A stretch of 62,624 nt of DNA, counting the filler, from Globobulimina sp. (lineage: Eukaryota), in the NCBI GenBank assembly GCA_003354225.1. It is 19 parts of 19 records of this genome, joined end to end, with 100 filler letters (N's around TTAATTAATTAA, not from the genome) between each part and the next. Parts side by side here need not be neighbours in the genome. Positions count along the whole stretch, not along the records: positions 59,427 to 62,624 come from PIVH01003442.1; 18 more parts are not named here. One strand, given 5' to 3'. Numbering within the stretch: position 1 is the first letter of the stretch; every line of letters begins with the position of its first letter. The notes below the pieces were generated by a model. That model ran no database searches, was not told the DNA's origin, and saw nothing but the letters and a program-made list of their open reading frames with translations. The translations under genes were made by a program, and so were the position numbers. This document shows, piece by piece, positions 61,334-62,624 of this stretch.

Positions 61334-62143
61334 ATGGATCCTACCGTTCCAGACATTACTCCTCCAGCGGTTCAGGCTGCACTGCAAGAAGTTATGGAGG
61401 CACAGAAAGATGTAAATGCGAAACAACAAAAAGTGGATTATCCTCCACCAGCAGGTGTAACAGATGCTGAGCATGCAGCATTGTCTGAGGCAAATCAAAT
61501 TTTTGAGCAAAAAACATTCGCTCTTGAGTCTGCAAAAGCAACTTTTTGTTCAGAAGTTGGTAGTATATTTAGTGATGTTGCACCTTCAACATGGAAATGG
61601 CATAAAAATAAGCCTCCAAACATGTATTTCACACAACGCTTTCAATATGCTGGAGATACGTATGTTGCACTTGCTCATTTGCATGGTGGTTTTAATGGGT
61701 TTCATGATGGTTCTGATCCATGGGTATATGATGACAGACAAGCGGATAAACTTGAAATATTTGAAGTTAGCGGAAAAGGAACAAAATGCAGCAAGGAGAT
61801 GATGCGTGGATTCATCATTGGCAATGTGTTACATGGTCAAGTTGATCGTGCCGAAATTGTCAGACATGGCACAAGAAGTCAATTTCCTAGTGTTATTGAT
61901 CCATGGCCAGCCAAACGCGATGTTTATGCTGAATTGGATACAGAACAGTATTTAGGTACACATGGCTATGTTTATCAACCAAATGGAGTTAGTGTAGGCA
62001 TGTTATTAATGGGTGGGCTTGTGATGATATTGGGTGCTTTATTGTGTTTAATTATGACATGTATTTTAGGATTTTTTGGTGGTGTATTTTGTCAAATAAG
62101 AAAACAACAAGAAATTGCGATGATTACTGAAGAATCTGTATAA
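61334..62143 (+). CDS. Hypothetical protein with C-terminal TM helix
   Basis: 269-aa ORF; AAACCATGG start context. Confidence 0.7.
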   Translation: MDPTVPDITPPAVQAALQEVMEAQKDVNAKQQKVDYPPPAGVTDAEHAALSEANQIFEQKTFALESAKATFCSEVGSIFSDVAPSTWKWHKNKPPNMYFTQRFQYAGDTYVALAHLHGGFNGFHDGSDPWVYDDRQADKLEIFEVSGKGTKCSKEMMRGFIIGNVLHGQVDRAEIVRHGTRSQFPSVIDPWPAKRDVYAELDTEQYLGTHGYVYQPNGVSVGMLLMGGLVMILGALLCLIMTCILGFFGGVFCQIRKQQEIAMITEESV

Positions 62144-62369
62144 TTAAAGAACATGTGTTGGTGTCATCAACCATCATTTTGTGTTTTCGAAATATTTTCC
62201 CCAAGCTAGAGTTTCCAGAAAGGCCTTGTCCAAACTTATGTACAACGTCAGATGAGTTTTGTAGAAATTGCCTATTCAGAAATTCCAGTTTAGAAGGAGT
62301 AAACAGTCAGATTATAATTCTCATCTCATAGACGACAAATGTTTAGGTTTATTGTCAAGTTTCGTCTCC

Positions 62370-62420
62370 TGAGGTGAGAACCATGATATTAAGATTTTCT
62401 TGAAGTGAGCTATAGTCATC
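62370..62420. repeat. Dispersed ~50-bp repeat, copy 2
   Basis: TGAGGTGAGAACCATGATATTAAGATTTTCTTGAAGTGAGCTATAGTCATC. Confidence 0.85.
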
Positions 62421-62624
62421 TCACATCACATATATTCCAGAATTTTGCTTACTGAGAAAAAAAGTTTACACTTTTGTTTTTCGCGTGGTTGATGGTGACG
62501 GATTGCTATATGTTGGCATATGATGAACGTGGTCATTTTCATAGAAAGTTCGACTGAAAAATATGATGGAATATACATGATTACATTCATTTTCTTTCCA
62601 TTTTGTCATTATTGTTTTGAGAAA

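Noticed and set aside
1-62624. Alternative nuclear genetic code
   Set aside because: In-frame stops in conserved genes are explained by GT-AG introns. TAA, TAG and TGA all end recognisable genes.

Overview
This window is not one continuous locus. It consists of 19 unrelated ~3.2-kb contigs sorted by decreasing length (3205 to 3198 bp), joined by 18 artificial 100-nt linkers (N44-TTAATTAATTAA-N44). Eighteen contigs are AT-rich eukaryotic DNA with short GT-AG introns (mostly 50-85 nt), a standard genetic code and frequent ACCATG start contexts. The gene repertoire looks like a rhizarian protist, plausibly a foraminiferan (inference). Recognisable genes are Serinc, two G-alpha subunits, RPS15A, a PTS2-bearing MaoC hydratase, a P450, a ZIP transporter, VPS51, a secreted glycoside hydrolase, a PARP/Gig2-like protein, a PPR protein, ABCA, a DHHC acyltransferase, a chitin deacetylase with a CBM5/12-like module, and ankyrin proteins. 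Three of the 18 eukaryotic contigs carry members of one apparently expanded family with an ARTC (toxin-type) ADP-ribosyltransferase-like signature. Contig 14 (42932-46131) is prokaryotic or phage-like, with intronless ORFs and strong Shine-Dalgarno sites. It carries seven copies of the palindrome (T)AGGTCGACCT(A), placed both upstream of genes and inside them. It also has a ~950-bp non-coding region with ten CCTAACA/TGTTAGG heptamers and a long inverted repeat, and 40-bp tandem repeats at its end. Several contigs show abrupt mid-gene junctions that suggest amplification or assembly chimeras. All calls come from motif recognition by eye; no database searches were run.
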